Source of the DNA: Chrysemys picta bellii
Taxonomy: Eukaryota
DNA: 64,000 bases
Direction: 5' to 3'
Assembly (NCBI RefSeq): GCF_011386835.1
Contig: NC_088800.1
Coordinates: 682,001-746,000, forward strand
A model generated the notes under the pieces. It saw nothing but the letters and a program-made list of their open reading frames with translations, did no database searches and had not been told where the DNA came from. Below are positions 10,940-23,689 of this stretch, in pieces; position 1 is the stretch's first letter, and every line of letters begins with the position of its first letter. The translations under genes were made by a program, and so were the position numbers.

Positions 10940-11760
10940 CTGCGGGGTCCCCCCATCCATGGGGGTCAGAGCTCCAGTGTCCCCCTGCCCCGCGGCGGGG
11001 TCCCCCATTGCCCACAGCTCGCTGCCCCCGGGGCTGAGCTCCAGCTCCCGGGGGTCTTTGGCCGCCGCCGCCCCGGCACAAGCCGCGGGCCCGGCACAGG
11101 CGGGGAGGGGGCGGGACAGGCCGGCTGGTGCCGCGTGTGCCCGGGGAGGGGCGGCGGGTCTCATAGCTACGGCGGCCGGGGCGGACCCGCTCCCGCAATT
11201 CCCGAGTCCCGCAGCCCGGCGCGGGGCTGAGCAGGAGCGAGGGGGGGCAGGGGGGTCCCAGGGTCTGTGCCCAGCTCGGGACCCCCTCGGGACCGCGGCG
11301 CTATTCCCCGCCCGCCCGAGGGGGGGCGCCCGGCCGCTCTGTCCCGCCCGGCGCATCTCGCTGGTTCCGCCGCCGCCACGGGCCCAAGTCTCGTGACCGG
11401 AAGCGGAAGTCCGGGGCCGGCGGCGCGATGGCGGCGGAGGGGGACGTGGAGCTGGAGCTGGAGACGGAGCCGAACGGGGCCGGGGGCGGGGCGGACGGGG
11501 CCGGGGGGCGGCCGGCGGAGAAGCCCCGGAAACACGACAGCGGCGCCGCGGACCTGGAGCGGGTCACGGACTATGCGGAGGAGAAGGAGATTCAGAGCTC
11601 GAACCTGGAGACGGTGCGGGCGGCCGGGGGCGGGGCGAGTGGGTGAGAGGGGCGGGGCGTGTGGCGGCCGGGGGCGGGGCGAGTGGGTGAGAGGGGCGGG
11701 GCGTGTGGCGGGGGGGGCCCAGGTGAGGGGCTCGCTCAGAATAGATTCAGAAGCTGAAGC
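10940..11760. promoter_or_regulatory. HYPK CpG-island promoter with tandem ETS/GABP site
   Basis: CpG-dense; CCGGAAGCGGAAGT at 11397-11410, 17 bp upstream of the ATG; the ATG sits in a YY1-like gATGGCGGC. Confidence 0.8.
11428..11613 (+). CDS. HYPK: HYPK exon 1
   Basis: 62 codons; donor gtgcgg. Confidence 0.95.
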
Positions 11761-12023
11761 CGGCGCTGGCGGAAGACGCTGGAGGGCAGAAGCTGAGGGG
11801 GGTTGGGGCCATGGGCCCCCGGGCAGTCTGGGGCTCTTCCCCCCCAACCAGCAGTGGCCTGAGAGTCCAGCACTAGAGGCCGCAGCGTGTGGCTCGTGGG
11901 ACTCTGGGGGTGTGTTGGGAAGACGACCAGCTTGGCCTGATAGTGTATGGTGACGTGACTGTGCTGCGGGCAGACCCCTCCCTCTGTATGCTGGAGGTAA
12001 CCTTCCCTGCTTCTTCTGCCCAG

Positions 12024-12079
12024 GCCATGTCGGTGATTGGAGACCGAAGATCCAGAGAGCAGAAAGCAAAACAAGAGAG
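12024..12079 (+). CDS. HYPK: HYPK exon 2
   Basis: Acceptor tctgcccag, donor gtaagt; AMSVIGDRRSREQKAKQE plus AG. Confidence 0.95.
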
Positions 12080-12335
12080 GTAAGTGCTCCCTGCACCTCT
12101 TGTCCCTTTCTAGCATAGAGCTTTGAGATGCAATCTCCATGCGCTAGTCTGGGGCCAGTGCAGCCACAGATTAAACATCAGCCTTATTTGTTGTTGTAGG
12201 TTAGAATAGCTTCTTTGGAGTTGAAGCTCAGACAGTTCTGGCCCATGCCAAGCCAGGGCTTTCAGTTCCTGAGCTATTCAGTCCAGTAATAGGTGACATG
12301 GCTTTGCACATGCAGAATCTTCTGGAGGCCTAGGG

Positions 12336-13019
12336 CAGTGTTCTTCGAAGTGCGGGTCGTGGCCCGGTACTGGGTCGTGGCATGTCAGGCACTGGGTCGC
12401 TCTGGTTAGCTCCGCTGACTGGGGCATTAAAAGTCCAGTCGGTAGTGCTGCCCAGCTACTGCGCACTGCGCCCTGCAAGCAGCCAACAGCAGGTCCGGCT
12501 TCCAGGCAGGGGGGCCCTGGGGCTCCGCGCGCTGCCCCCGCCTCGAGCAACGGCTCCGCATGGCCAATGGGAGCTGGGGAGTGGGCGGTGCCTGCGGGCG
12601 AGAGCCACGTGGAGCCGCTTGTGCACCTCCACCTAGGAGCTGGACCTGCTGCTCGCCGCTTCAGGCGCAGTGCAGTCTGCGATGCCAGGACAGGCGGGAA
12701 GCCTGTCTCTGCACCCTGGCTGTGCCACTGACCGGGAGCCAGAGGTAAGTCCGTGCCCCAGCCCAGAGCCCTGACCCCATCCTGCACCGCAAGCCCCTCA
12801 TCCCTGGCCCCAGCCCAGAGCCCTGCCCCAGCCCAGAGCCCCCTCCCACACCCTGAACCCCTCATTCCTGGCCCCACCCTGTAGCCCTCACCCCTGCACC
12901 CCAACCCTCTGGCTCAGCCCTGAGCCCCTCCCAAACCCCTCATCCCCAGCTTCGCTGGGTCATGGGCATCAACAATTTTCTTCAACTGGATCCCCAGAAA
13001 AAAAGTTTGAAAACCACTG
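12336..13019. mobile_element. hAT MITE in HYPK intron 2
   Basis: TIRs cagtgttcttcgaagt / agtttgaaaaccactg; 8-bp TSD gcctaggg / gcttaggg (1 mismatch). Confidence 0.8.
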
Positions 13020-13132
13020 GCTTAGGGGACCAGGGTAGTTTTTCTGGTTAAACTTCCTGCCTGTCCAAGTCCAGTCTCAGGACTTGTGGCTTTATGCTTT
13101 GGAAAGGAGTTGCTGCAAGCTTTCTGTTTGTA

Positions 13133-13348
13133 CAGGTCTGTCGCATCTTACATACATTTAACATGCGCGATTTCAACTTTACGCGGTCGGCAAAAACAAA
13201 AAAAGAGAAAAACAACAGTTTTAATACTATACCTGTAGTGTGGGCGATTTCGCCCGCCATTGAACTCAATGGGGTTTTGGCTATATGCGGTTTTTGCTTT
13301 ACGCGCTAACCGTGGAAAGGAACCCCCGCGTAAGATGAGACAGACCTG
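13133..13348. mobile_element. Tc1/mariner-type (pogo/Tigger-like) MITE in HYPK intron 2
   Basis: TIRs caggtctgtcgcatcttt / taagatgagacagacctg, flanked by TA on both sides. Confidence 0.8.
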
Positions 13349-13431
13349 TACTTTACAGTTGTGACTGAGTTGGTCTGGAAAAGGGGTCTGGAGCCTGTTG
13401 GTGCTTTATGTTCTGATTCCTTTTGTTACAG

Positions 13432-13483
13432 GGAAAAAGAACTGGCAAAAGTTACAATCAAGAAAGAAGATTTGGAACTGATT
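13432..13483 (+). CDS. HYPK: HYPK exon 3
   Basis: Acceptor ttttgttacag, donor gtgagt; EKELAKVTIKKEDLELI. Confidence 0.95.
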
Positions 13484-13497
13484 GTGAGTATGGAGGG

Positions 13498-14350
13498 CAG
13501 GGTGGATTTGTTTTAAATCACTAGTCAGGAAGACTCGATTTAATCATGGATTTCTACATACAAGTGCATTCTTGTTGGTTGTTATAACCTTAATACATAT
13601 TTTTCACAGCTCAGAGATAGATGAGACCCAAACTGGGTCTCTTTTATGGCCTACTGCCATTATAGGTTTTCCCTTCTAGTTGACAGAATGGGATGGTAGA
13701 TCTCAAATCAATGAAGGCTATACTCAGAAAGACCTCAAGACTTCTGGAATATGCTGCTCAAACAGTTTCACTTTTGTTTCTACTGCCTGTCCCTCCCTTC
13801 TCACATTTATCTCCAGACTTCTCCTTGTCCAGATCTATTCCGCCCCCAACAATCATCTATTCATTGAACTTTTTGAAACTTTGCACTTTTAGAGAGATAA
13901 GGGATTGACTCTGTGTACACGAATTTGCAGAGGGACAATAGGGTTGAGGTCTGTTATTTCTCACCTCTATATTATTTATTTTAAAACATTGTTGCTGTTA
14001 ACAAGCATGTTAACTCTGGATATACAAATCCACAGTTTGAGAACTGCAAAACTAAGCATCTCTGATGGTATCTTCTAGACTGAGCATAATCTATACAGAA
14101 GCCCCTGGAACTCCATAAGATGTGGTCCCTAATCCATGAACTATTGGAACTCATTACAAAACTTTTCTTAAAGATTACATGAATATATTGTCTCATACTA
14201 TAGAATTAGAATTTATAATCCCTATTCTATGCTGAGATATCTTTGATCTATAATGTATCTTAATTAAAACTATCCTTAAATACGTTTTTTCCTCAAAAAG
14301 CATTTTATCAAAAATCTTTTTTTTTAAATCATTGATTTTTATTCACCCTG
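13498..14350. mobile_element. Probable DNA transposon (hAT-like) in HYPK intron 3
   Basis: Ends cagggtggatt... and ...gatttttattcaccctg form imperfect TIRs; AT-rich interior; no TSD found. Confidence 0.5.
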
Positions 14351-14532
14351 CTTTGCTGTATTGCACTGTAGTAAGCCAGGCACAGTAGCTGGACTCTGCA
14401 GCAGCTGTGTAACTCGTACTCGGTTGAGGCCTCAGTAATGCGGGAGTACCGAGCCTTAATTGAGTCCAGCCCTTTTCTTGTGTGATGTCTGCTGTTGTGC
14501 AGCGTCTCTTATCTCTGCTCCCTTCCCTGCAG

Positions 14533-14628
14533 ATGAATGAGATGGAGATCTCTCGGGCAGCTGCAGAGCGTAGTCTGCGAGAGCATATGGGGAACGTGGT
14601 GGAGGCTCTAATCACCCTCACCAACTAA
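14533..14628 (+). CDS. HYPK: HYPK exon 4 (UBA-like C-terminus, stop)
   Basis: Acceptor cttccctgcag; ends ACC AAC TAA. Confidence 0.95.
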   Translation: MNEMEISRAAAERSLREHMGNVVEALITLTN

Positions 14629-14794
14629 CCACATTCCAACTGGACCACTTTGTGCTTTGAGAAGGGAACGAGGGAGGAAGACTCTTGTTGGAACTTCATG
14701 TCTTTGTGCGGTCACCCCTGCCGTGTGCACTGCCTTCCCAATAACTCTTTGAGAGAGTGATACTGGTCAGATGCTACATGTATTAACTTATTGA

Positions 14795-14800
14795 AATAAA
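14795..14800 (+). terminator. HYPK polyadenylation signal AATAAA
   Basis: Canonical hexamer about 170 nt after the stop. Confidence 0.7.
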
Positions 14801-16110
14801 GACATCCGTAACCTTCTGGGGACACAGTTTATAAAGCAGCTATGAATGGGCCCTGAAAGAGTGCTACCACCCACCTGTTGTGGAAAGCTTTGACCACGGT
14901 GCTCTTTGTGTAGATGGCAGGCTACCCACACAACGGAGTTACAAGGGGCTCTGCTGTGCTAGTAATGGATATGGTGTCAGAGGTGAGACACATTGGATTT
15001 GGCCTGTAAAGCTCACCATGGTGGTGAGTACAGAGCTGAGGGAGCATTTTCTGCATGAAGCGTTCACTTAAACCTTCGTCAGAGAACAAGGGCTGAGCTC
15101 TCAAAAGGGAGAGATGGGGTAACGTTCCCACCCCTGCTGAATGGTTCTTTGATATTAACTTTATTCCCTTCTGCCATTATATTGCTCCATCACCCCCACG
15201 TCTGTTTCTCTCCCTGCTGCTCACAGGCTTGAGGTCTAGCTGCTATGGCCTTTCTAGTTCTTAATCAGAGCTCCACTGGCTTCAGTCTTCCCTCCGTTAA
15301 GCCCAGCAGTCTTACTTTATATTATCTTCCTGTTTTGTCAGCTCCTAAAATCACATGGTCTGAGGGCAAAGACCTTCTATATTCACAGTGCTAGAAGCCC
15401 TGCAGTGCTTTGCATGTAACATGTCTGGGTTAACTGAAGGGCTGGTTCTGGCTGAATCAGCCTGCCCATGGTTTCAAGGCCTCATAGGGCCAGAACACGG
15501 GCTGCTTTATAGGGCCACAGCTCTCTACTGAAGCCCAGGGGCAAGCCTGGTTGTTACAAAGCCTGAGGTAAGCAGTCCTGGCAGCAGGGGCTTGTCTCTC
15601 AAAGGCAGTGTAGAGTTGAAGGGCTGGAGAGAACACTAGCTTCAACTTGTGCCCTGTTAGGGGCTGTGTTCCTCTGAGCACTGAATAGCTGCTGGAGGGG
15701 CAGGGCATCCCTTCAGTCTCCATCTGTGGCCAAGAATGGATCGTGGGGAATGTGTGTTTATTGCCTGCACTGACAGCTTGGTGTGGGCTGGAGCTCTAAC
15801 AGCCTAATAGCACGAGGCTGGGGCACCGGCACAGAACACCCCCCAAGGGTGAGCAGAAACAGGGCTGGGATACACAGCTGCAGGAGGCAGGGCCTAAGGG
15901 AACTACTGCTAAGTCACCTCCTCCCTCAAAGCCTGAACTCCATCCACCTCACAGCCCAACTGTGCCCTGCACCTCCTGTGAGCTGAGGCCTGAGTTCAGT
16001 TATACAAACCCATAGCACAGAGAGAAAGGAGAGTGCCCTGGTTCAGCCACCAGCATGCCCTTCCCACCCCCAAAGAGTGATAGCAATGCCAGTCTTGTGA
16101 GAAAACAGCT

Positions 16111-16116
16111 TTTAAT
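16111..16116 (-). terminator. Candidate MFAP1 polyadenylation signal ATTAAA (alternative AATAAA at 15757-15762 and 15160-15165)
   Basis: Minus-strand hexamers downstream of the MFAP1 stop; which one is used is unknown. Confidence 0.45.
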
Positions 16117-16734
16117 CAAAACTCAAATCTTGTGCCTTGGGGGCCTGGAAGAGCCCCAGACCCTATGGTAGAGGTAGGGGAGCCTAGAGCCAAGCAGAGG
16201 GCTCGGCGAAAGAGGCTTCAAAGCCCCTCTGAGATAGGGCAGAGGAGACTGTTACAGCTGTTCCAGAGAACAAAGGGGAACTGCCTTCCCAACTGGAGAT
16301 GGGGTGTTGTGCAGAGGTGGGGAGATGCTTTGGAACAGACTGTAGGAGCCTGCTGCTAATTCCAAGGGAACTGGGGGTTTGCTGCCCTCTGGCAGTGGGA
16401 ATCTGGAAAGCTGTCTAGTCTCGTGGGAGCGAAAGACATTCGGCGCTGGGTCTGGCTGGCCTAGCAAGGATGGACTTTTCCTCTAATTCCAACTGAGCCT
16501 GGTGGAAAGTCTGTGCAGCCCCGCCCAGGTCACCAGGCAGGGTGGTGAGAGCTCAGTGCTGGAGCACAGAATGCAACACTCAGCTCAACAAATGGAGAGT
16601 AGAAGGAATTGGCCAAAACAGGCACACTTTATGCCCCAACACACTCGCAAGATTTCTGGCAGGGTTAGGACCCATGGCAGACAAGTGCCTTTCCGCCCTG
16701 CTGTCGGCAGCATGACACTGTCCTGGGCACTCCC

Positions 16735-16917
16735 TTAGGTAGTTTTCCGCTTCTTAGCCGATGGTCTCTCAAAGACATCCCGAACGCCAGCTGCCTTCTG
16801 CTTGAAGAACTTGGTGTTCTGTGCACTTTCCTGACCCCAGGCAGAGTCAAAGGAGGTTGTGTCCTGATCCACCAGGTGTGTGTACTTGGTCCGCCCAGAG
16901 CGCCCAAAATTTTTGAC
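16735..16917 (-). CDS. MFAP1: MFAP1 exon 9 ([15 protein letters not shown]...KKRKTT*)
   Basis: Acceptor ttctccctag; TAA at 16735-16737. Confidence 0.96.
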   Translation of the reverse strand, partial: VKNFGRSGRTKYTHLVDQDTTSFDSAWGQESAQNTKFFKQKAAGVRDVFERPSAKKRKTT

Positions 16918-17107
16918 CTAGGGAGAAAAAAATTCTGTGAGCTGCAACCCCCCCTGCAAGCAGGACCTACAGCACCCTCAGAGTACAAGGCACCAGTGCT
17001 CCACTGTGGACCAGGCCTCCATGTCACCCCACAGTACAGGTACCCTGTAAGACCCTGCTAGCTGAGAACCCACCCCACCTCCATGAGCCCATCTCCAGCA
17101 CACATAC

Positions 17108-17197
17108 CTGCATGACTTTGGGCAGGATGGTCTTGTTGAAGTGATCCTCCAGCGTGGGGGCACTGAAGTCTCTCTTGTACACTTCCTCATCTTCATC
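17108..17197 (-). CDS. MFAP1: MFAP1 exon 8 (DEDEEVYKRDF...PKVMQ)
   Basis: 90 bp; AG/GT boundaries. Confidence 0.96.
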
Positions 17198-17599
17198 CTA
17201 GGGAGGCATGGACATGCAGCAGAGTCATTTAGAGTAAGCCCCCAGGGAAACCAGGTAGGGACACTGCACAAACAGCATAATTCGAAGAGTCCTGGTAACA
17301 GCACTCAAGATTCCCTGCTCATGTCAGAATCACAGACATTGGAGACAAGGCTTGTGTCCCATCTAGTCCATCTCCAGGGTCTAGAACATGATTAGTCTTA
17401 ACAGTCCATATTTCACGGCTTTATTAAGACCAGTGGCAAATACACCAAGGAAAGAACCTCCCACCTCATTTGTTTCTTGTAGCTTTTAGGCACTTTCCAA
17501 ACATACTACAGCCCTCCTGCCCCTGGGGAGCTGACACTAGGTTAGAGGGAAGGGTGACAGCATAAGGGGAGAGTCCTGGGCTACACAAGACAACAAAAT

Positions 17600-17905
17600 G
17601 TAAGGGGGTGTGCAAGGGGCTCACCATTCAGATTCCAAGGTCCTTATTTCCCTCTGAATTTGTCTAGCTTCAACCTCCAGCCATTGGACCATGTTATATC
17701 TTTTGCTGCTAGCCTGAGGCGCCCAATGGTAAACATTTGTTCCCCAGGTAGGTACTATGATCAAGTCACCCCTTAACCATCTCTTTGTTAAACCAGATAG
17801 ACTCAAGAAGCTCAATCTATCACTAGAAGGCAGGTTTTCTAATCCTGTAATCACTCTCACGGCTCTTCTCTGACCCCTCTTTAATTTATCCACAGCTCCC
17901 TTGAG
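17600..17905 (-). mobile_element. CR1 LINE 3' fragment in MFAP1 intron 7
   Basis: Translation QRRAVRVITGLENLPSSDRL...LTKRWLRGDLI is the CR1 ORF2 C-terminus. Confidence 0.8.
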
Positions 17906-18792
17906 GCAGGGGCTTTGTGGATGAGCTCAGGAAGGGCAGTGTGTGCAGCCAGCAGAAGCAGGGGATTGTTTATGACAAGGGCAGATGAGGCAGAAGTCAC
18001 AAAACAGGCCACTTGATTCTGCCTCTGACAGCTGTGACAAGCTTGCCTAGGATCCAGTAAAAGAAGGGCACCAGTGGAGGGATTCGGAGGGGACAGCAGT
18101 TGTAGAACAGACAAGGCAAAGGATTCTGGCACCAACACTTTGTGAGGCAGCAGGAGGCAGCGTGGGAAGACTGTCACTGCAGCAAGATGGGAAGTGATGA
18201 GGGCCTCAAGGAGAGCTTGAGTTGTAAAGGTAGAAACTAAAAAGGGCAGACTCTAGAGATGTTGTGGAGGAAACAGCAACAAGATCTGAATGTGTGGGAC
18301 ATGGAGGAGACACAAATCAGCCCAGGTTATGGGCCTGAATGCCAGAGAAAAGGGTTGGGTTGACCATGACAGGGAAAGGGGGAATGGAGAGGATTTGGGC
18401 CATATGAGATCAAATAGCGATGAGACATCCAGGTAGATCTGTCAGTCATTACCAGAGAGGTATTAGTGGATGCATGAGAACAACCCCAAGGAGGTCAAGT
18501 GACAATCCGTTTCACTGTCAGGAAGCTTCCTGGTGTTCAGCCTACATCTCCCTTTGTTTAATGTAACCTCACCTTCAGTCAAGCCCGAATCACACCACAT
18601 CCTCTTAGGGATTCACACCCCTCAAACACAGCAGACTCATCTTGCTCTCCTGACACCACACCCCCTTCAGTGGCTGTGTTGCCACTGTACAGCTGTAGCC
18701 CTTGTCATCTTTCCTTGAATCCTTCCCCTGAGGCATCCAGAACAGAACGCACTGTCCCAGGTGTGGGAGCCACAGAGCAGGGCTTCACTCAC

Positions 18793-18952
18793 CATGAAGA
18801 AGGCCCCCCGGTGGTAGTACTTCTGCAGGAATTTGTATTTGCCCTTCACTGCCTTGTTGGTGATGACCTTGCCATTGGCACGGAGCTCAGCACGGCGCTC
18901 CTCCTCCGTCAGGTTCCGCATGCGCTCAATCTCAGCCTTCTCCTTTTCCAGT
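18793..18952 (-). CDS. MFAP1: MFAP1 exon 7 (LEKEKAEIERMR...RGAFFM)
   Basis: 160 bp; AG/GT boundaries. Confidence 0.96.
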
Positions 18953-19284
18953 CTGTGCAGGAGGCACAAAGCCCGTTAGAGACAGCCCTACTCTCACCAT
19001 GCCCTCTGCTCTGCCCAGAGGACAGAAAGCTTGTCCCACTCACATCCCTGGCCAGAGACTGCAGCTCTAGGAAGCAATTCAACCCACTAAATTCCAGGGG
19101 AGGGGCACGCACCAAATGCCCTGTCCCTCCAGGAGCTAAGATGGGGTGCCCTCTGCTCTGCCTTAGGCTGCAGTGGCTAGACAGAGCAGGAAATGGGGAG
19201 GGGAAGATGCCCCCTGGTGGCTGCTGTCTTCTGGGTCAGGGACTAGAGACATTCAAGCCCAAACCCAGGTGCGGCAGCACTTAC

Positions 19285-19445
19285 GCCTCTCGCTCCTCGC
19301 GGTCCCGTTTGATGCGCTTCAGTTCACGCACTTTCCAGGACTCGTACTCCTCCTCATCATTCTCGTCGTCCGTATCGAGTGCTTCCAGCGCAGCCAGCGA
19401 TCGCTTGTTCTCCTCCAGCTCCTTCTTAGTCTCCTCCTCCACAAT
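19285..19445 (-). CDS. MFAP1: MFAP1 exon 6 (IVEEETKKEL...DREERE)
   Basis: 161 bp; donor gtaagt. Confidence 0.96.
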
Positions 19446-19537
19446 CTGCAGAGGGGACCACGCTGCGAACTGAGCCTGCTGCAGCAGACCAACCCTCTCC
19501 CCCAGATATGCTGCCCCACTGGACAGGCCCCCATTAC

Positions 19538-19646
19538 CTTGAGTGTGTACTTCCGCCTCTCCTCTGCCAGCCGCTTTGCCTCCTGCTCCAACTCCTTCTG
19601 TTTCACTGCCTCTGCCTCTCGTTCCTGGACTGTAACTCGATCCTTC
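19538..19646 (-). CDS. MFAP1: MFAP1 exon 5 (KDRVTVQERE...KYTLK)
   Basis: 109 bp; donor gtaatg. Confidence 0.96.
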
Positions 19647-20276
19647 CTGGAACAGAGGGGCCATCACAGGCTTCTTTCCCCCTCTCACCGCACCTTACCC
19701 AGCCCTCTCCAAGTCCCACCCCAGCACTGGCTATTTCACTCTCTCTGGAGTCAGGGTCTGCCCCCGGGATCCTCACCTGTCTGGTGCTGCTTCAGGCCCC
19801 GCTGCCTTAGCAGCTTCCTGAGTGGCCTCTCGCACCCCCAGCTCTGTTGTGGGGAGAGAACCATTTCCTGTGGTACGCTGCACCTCACTGGCAACCCCCC
19901 TATCACCACTGAGTGGCGCCTCCCAAAGTAACAGCTAGTACCATGGAGACTGAGCCCATCCAGCTTGTGTACACTGCAGGGTCAGACACAACTGACAGAG
20001 CTAAAAACAACAGCTGCCTGGAATCGATCACTCCCAGACACTCAGTTCCACAGACACATGCTGCCTGTCTGTGCCAAGCCAGCACCTGACCTGCAGATAG
20101 ACCCTGACCTGCTATTAGCACGCGCACCAGTTGCTTTCTGAGCTACAGGATAATGAACATGAGGACGCTTCTCTGTGCACCAGCTGATCCTTCGCATTTT
20201 CCATCTAGGCTGGCACTCTGCCCTCTTTCAGGTGGGAGCAATCCCCACCCCCACAACAGCAAGGTACGCCACCTAC

Positions 20277-20464
20277 TTGCGGATGAAGACAGGTTTGAGC
20301 CGTGGCTCCGTTTCATCCTCACTGTCTGTGTACTCCTCATACTCAGACTCGGATTCAGACTCCTCGCCAGACCTGCCTTCGTCCTCCACTTCCATCACCT
20401 CCATCTCCTCATTCTTCCTCTCCTGGGCTCGCTGGCGCATCATCCCACGACGACGCTCAATCTC
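20277..20464 (-). CDS. MFAP1: MFAP1 exon 4 (EIERRRGMMR...KPVFIR)
   Basis: 188 bp; donor gtaggt. Confidence 0.96.
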
Positions 20465-20769
20465 CTAATTGAGGCACACACCAAACCCAAAGGGAGTCAA
20501 CGGAACTGCTGACCTTCCATTCACCCCCAGGTCTCTTGCAAAGGGGTGGGGGAGGATGTTTGCCCCAGGCAGGGCCAAGAGGGACAGAGGCCCCAAGTCC
20601 ATTCTAACTCCTTCAGGCAGTGGATGAAATGGATGGAATTTACTGGCGTTAACAGCACCGATTCCTTGTTGCACAGAGGCCACACACTGATCCACCGCTC
20701 TGCATACCTCACCATGCAAACCAAAGGGGGCTTCAGCCAATGTTCCCTCCCCACAGCAGTGAGACACCA

Positions 20770-21900
20770 ATCCATAAGAGCTGTCATACTGGACCAGACC
20801 AGTATCCGGTCACTGACAGTGGCCCGTCCCAGAGCTCCAGGGAGAGTGTGCAGAACAGGGCAGCTTTGGAGAGATACACCCCATCTTCCCCAATAGTTTC
20901 TAGCAGTCAGAGATTTCGGGTCACCCTGAGCAAGGGGTTGCAGCCCTGACTATCTTGGCTAATAGCCATTGATAGACCTGTCCTCCAGGAACTTATCTAG
21001 GTTTTGTTTTTTAACCCAATTTTACTTTTGACCTTCACAACATCCCATGGCAACAAGTTCCACAGATTGCCTGTGCATTGTGTGAAAAAGTATTTCCTGT
21101 TGTATTAAATGTTCTGCCTATTAATTTAATAAGGCATTTGTGTTATGTGAAAGGGTAAATAATGCTTCTCTAATCACTTCCTCCACACCAGTCATGACTT
21201 TATAGATTTCTATCATCTCCCTCCTTAGTCATCTCTTTTCTAAGCTGAGCAGCCCTAATCTCTTTAGTCGCCCCTTGATCATCTTTGTTGCCCATCTAAG
21301 AACCTTTTCCAGTTGAACTATAGCCTGAGATGGGCAACCAGAACTGTCCACAGTATGCACGGTGTGAGCGTACCATGGATTTATATAGTGGCATTAGGAT
21401 AATAAGACAGAAAATATCCATCCTTTTCCTAATAGTCCCTGTGTTACTGACCATGGCTGTGTACTGAGATGAAGTTTTCAGAGAACTGGTCTCGATGACT
21501 CAAAGTTCTTGAGTGGTAACAGCTAATTTAAAGCTCATCATTATACATGCGTAGTTAGAATTATTTTTTCCAATGTGCATTACACTGTGCACTTAACTGT
21601 TGAATTTCTTCTGCCAGTTTGTTGCCCACTCACCCAGTTTTTTGAGGTCCCTTTGTAACTCTTTGCAGTCAACTTTGGACTTATTTATTTTGAATAATTC
21701 TGTATCATCTGAAAACTTTTCCACTTCACTGTTCATTCCTTTTTCAGATTATTAATGAATATATCAAACTGCACACAACCCAGTATTGGGGACCCCATTA
21801 TTTACCTCTCTCCACTGTGAAAACTGACCATTTATTCCTACCTTTGTTTCCTATCTTTTAATCAGTTACTGATCCAGGAGAGGACCTTCCCTCTCATCCC
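20770..21900 (-). mobile_element. CR1 LINE 3' portion in MFAP1 intron 3
   Basis: Inverted CR1 3' UTR and RT segments (ggctaatagccattgatagacc, ggcaacaagttccacagatt, gtgtgcattacactgtgcac). Confidence 0.8.
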
Positions 21901-22104
21901 ATGTAACCCAAAGGGCAAGTCGAAACCATCTGCAGACCGACTCTTAACCTCTTTCAGATTCATCCAGGTATTAACCAGTCCCACCTGCCCATGGATCTGG
22001 TACTGCCCTGAGCTGCAGGAGGCTGGACCCCGCCCTGTGGGAACTCAGCTGAGAGAGCCTGGGGAACTGGTGCTTGCAGCATGTTTCCATGGCTCTGCAC
22101 ATAC

Positions 22105-22234
22105 CTCATCATCAATCTCTTCTTCCTCCTCCTCGCTGGTATCCTCCCGTTCCATGCGCCAGGCATCTCCCTCTACCTCCGAGTCACTTTCTCCAACTAC
22201 TTCTGGCTCCACAATTTTGCGGTGCCTTGCGAGT
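22105..22234 (-). CDS. MFAP1: MFAP1 exon 3 (LARHRKIVEPE...EEIDDE)
   Basis: 130 bp; donor gtatgt. Confidence 0.96.
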
Positions 22235-23469
22235 CTATGCACAGACACCAGAGTTAATCTTTCACAGCAATTCAACTGCCCTAAAGCAGTGACCATAGGC
22301 CGCAGCCCATCGAAATGCTCTGGGGCTCTTCAAGCTGAAGTCCCCCCCACACACACATCCAAGCCAGCCAGGAATTCTCAACCCATTCCAGCCCCAATGA
22401 CCCTGTCCTAACCCCACTGTTATAGCCCCAAGAATCACAGCAAAGAGGTATCTCAGCATGCCAAGCTGAACACGCGTGTTAATCTCAAATACTCAAGTAA
22501 CTAAAAAATGTGGCTAGACCCACCAGTGTCCTAAATATAATCAGACTGTAGCAATCATAGCTCTTACGTACAGGCTGCTACAGTATAAACCATGGATTAG
22601 TCTCCTTGACAGTCTGAGCACCTGGGCTGCAGGCAGAGCTATAGCAGCAAAGTTTGGAAAAAGTAACATTTCTTCTCGGAAGGTTGGTTTACATGGTGCC
22701 ATTGAAGATCCAGTAGCTGGATTGCTCAGGGACAGACACTTCTGTTCATCCCACTGTAGAAAATGCAGCTTCCACTGGGATCCTGCTTCTTCTTTAGCAA
22801 TTATAAAGATTGAGGCAACGCTAGAACTGACCCAGCTACTCCTCATAGATATGAATTACTGACTTGAGGTGAATTAAATAAACGTTACTCACTGCACCTA
22901 ACTGAGATAGACAGATAACATGGCATCCCCCTATCTCCATACAAGAATGTTCTCCTGTTTTATAGATTTTGCTTTCCTCCCCATGTTAAGACCTTAAGGA
23001 GTTAGCTGTACTATTTATGGTCACTTTCAGAACTTGTGGACTAACTGCACTAGCCTAAATAATTCTTTAGAGGTGTGACAATGCGTAGAGCTGCTTTTCC
23101 TTCCTATATCCCTCTAGTTAAGATGTGGGGAATATATAAAAGGGACACGCCAAAAAGTTACACACCTGAAAAATGCATCCCTACAACTGACTCAAGCAAA
23201 GTCTAGTTACCATAACAAAAAGTTGAGCGAAAACCTTTAATTTCCATATATTTCTTCATATTTTCAGTTTGTTTACACAATGTCTTGGACAGCACTCCGG
23301 GAGAGTCAGCTCCAAAGGCTAGGTCTTTCACAAAGAGAAATGACCGAAAACATAACAAAGGTGACTGTAAAGCCACAGCTGTCAGGGTATCTCGGGGCAG
23401 GTGGGCCTGACACTACTTGCTGTGTCTCTCTCTTTGACTAAGGCAGAGCTGTCATGGGCAGGAGCTCAC

Positions 23470-23689
23470 CTCTCCTCCACATCCTCGTTAATGCGGTTCT
23501 GCAAGCGCCGCAGACGGGGGTCACTAGCTGAATCTTCCTCCTGCTCCTCTAGCTCCAACTCCTGCTCCTTCGCCTTCTTAATGAACTGGAACTCCTCATC
23601 CTCCTCGTCCGAGGACTCCATGGGCGCATAGTCTGGCCGCTTCCCCGACACATAGCGCTTCACCTTCACCTTCTCCATGGAGATCTCAC
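23470..23689 (-). CDS. MFAP1: MFAP1 exon 2 (EISMEKVKVKR...EDVEE)
   Basis: 220 bp; AG/GT boundaries. Confidence 0.96.

Larger units (their letters stand above)
11428..14628 (+). other. HYPK: Huntingtin-interacting protein K gene, 4 coding exons, 129 aa
   Basis: Joined exons give MAAEGDVELELETE...KHDSGAADLERVTDYAEEKEI...AMSVIGDRRSREQKAKQEREKELAKVTIKKEDLELIMNEMEISRAAAERSLREHMGNVVEALITLTN*, which is HYPK. Confidence 0.97.

Noticed and set aside
10623-12096. Several 190-309-aa ORFs across the HYPK CpG island
   Set aside because: Expected by chance at very high GC; R/P/G/A-rich with no homology.
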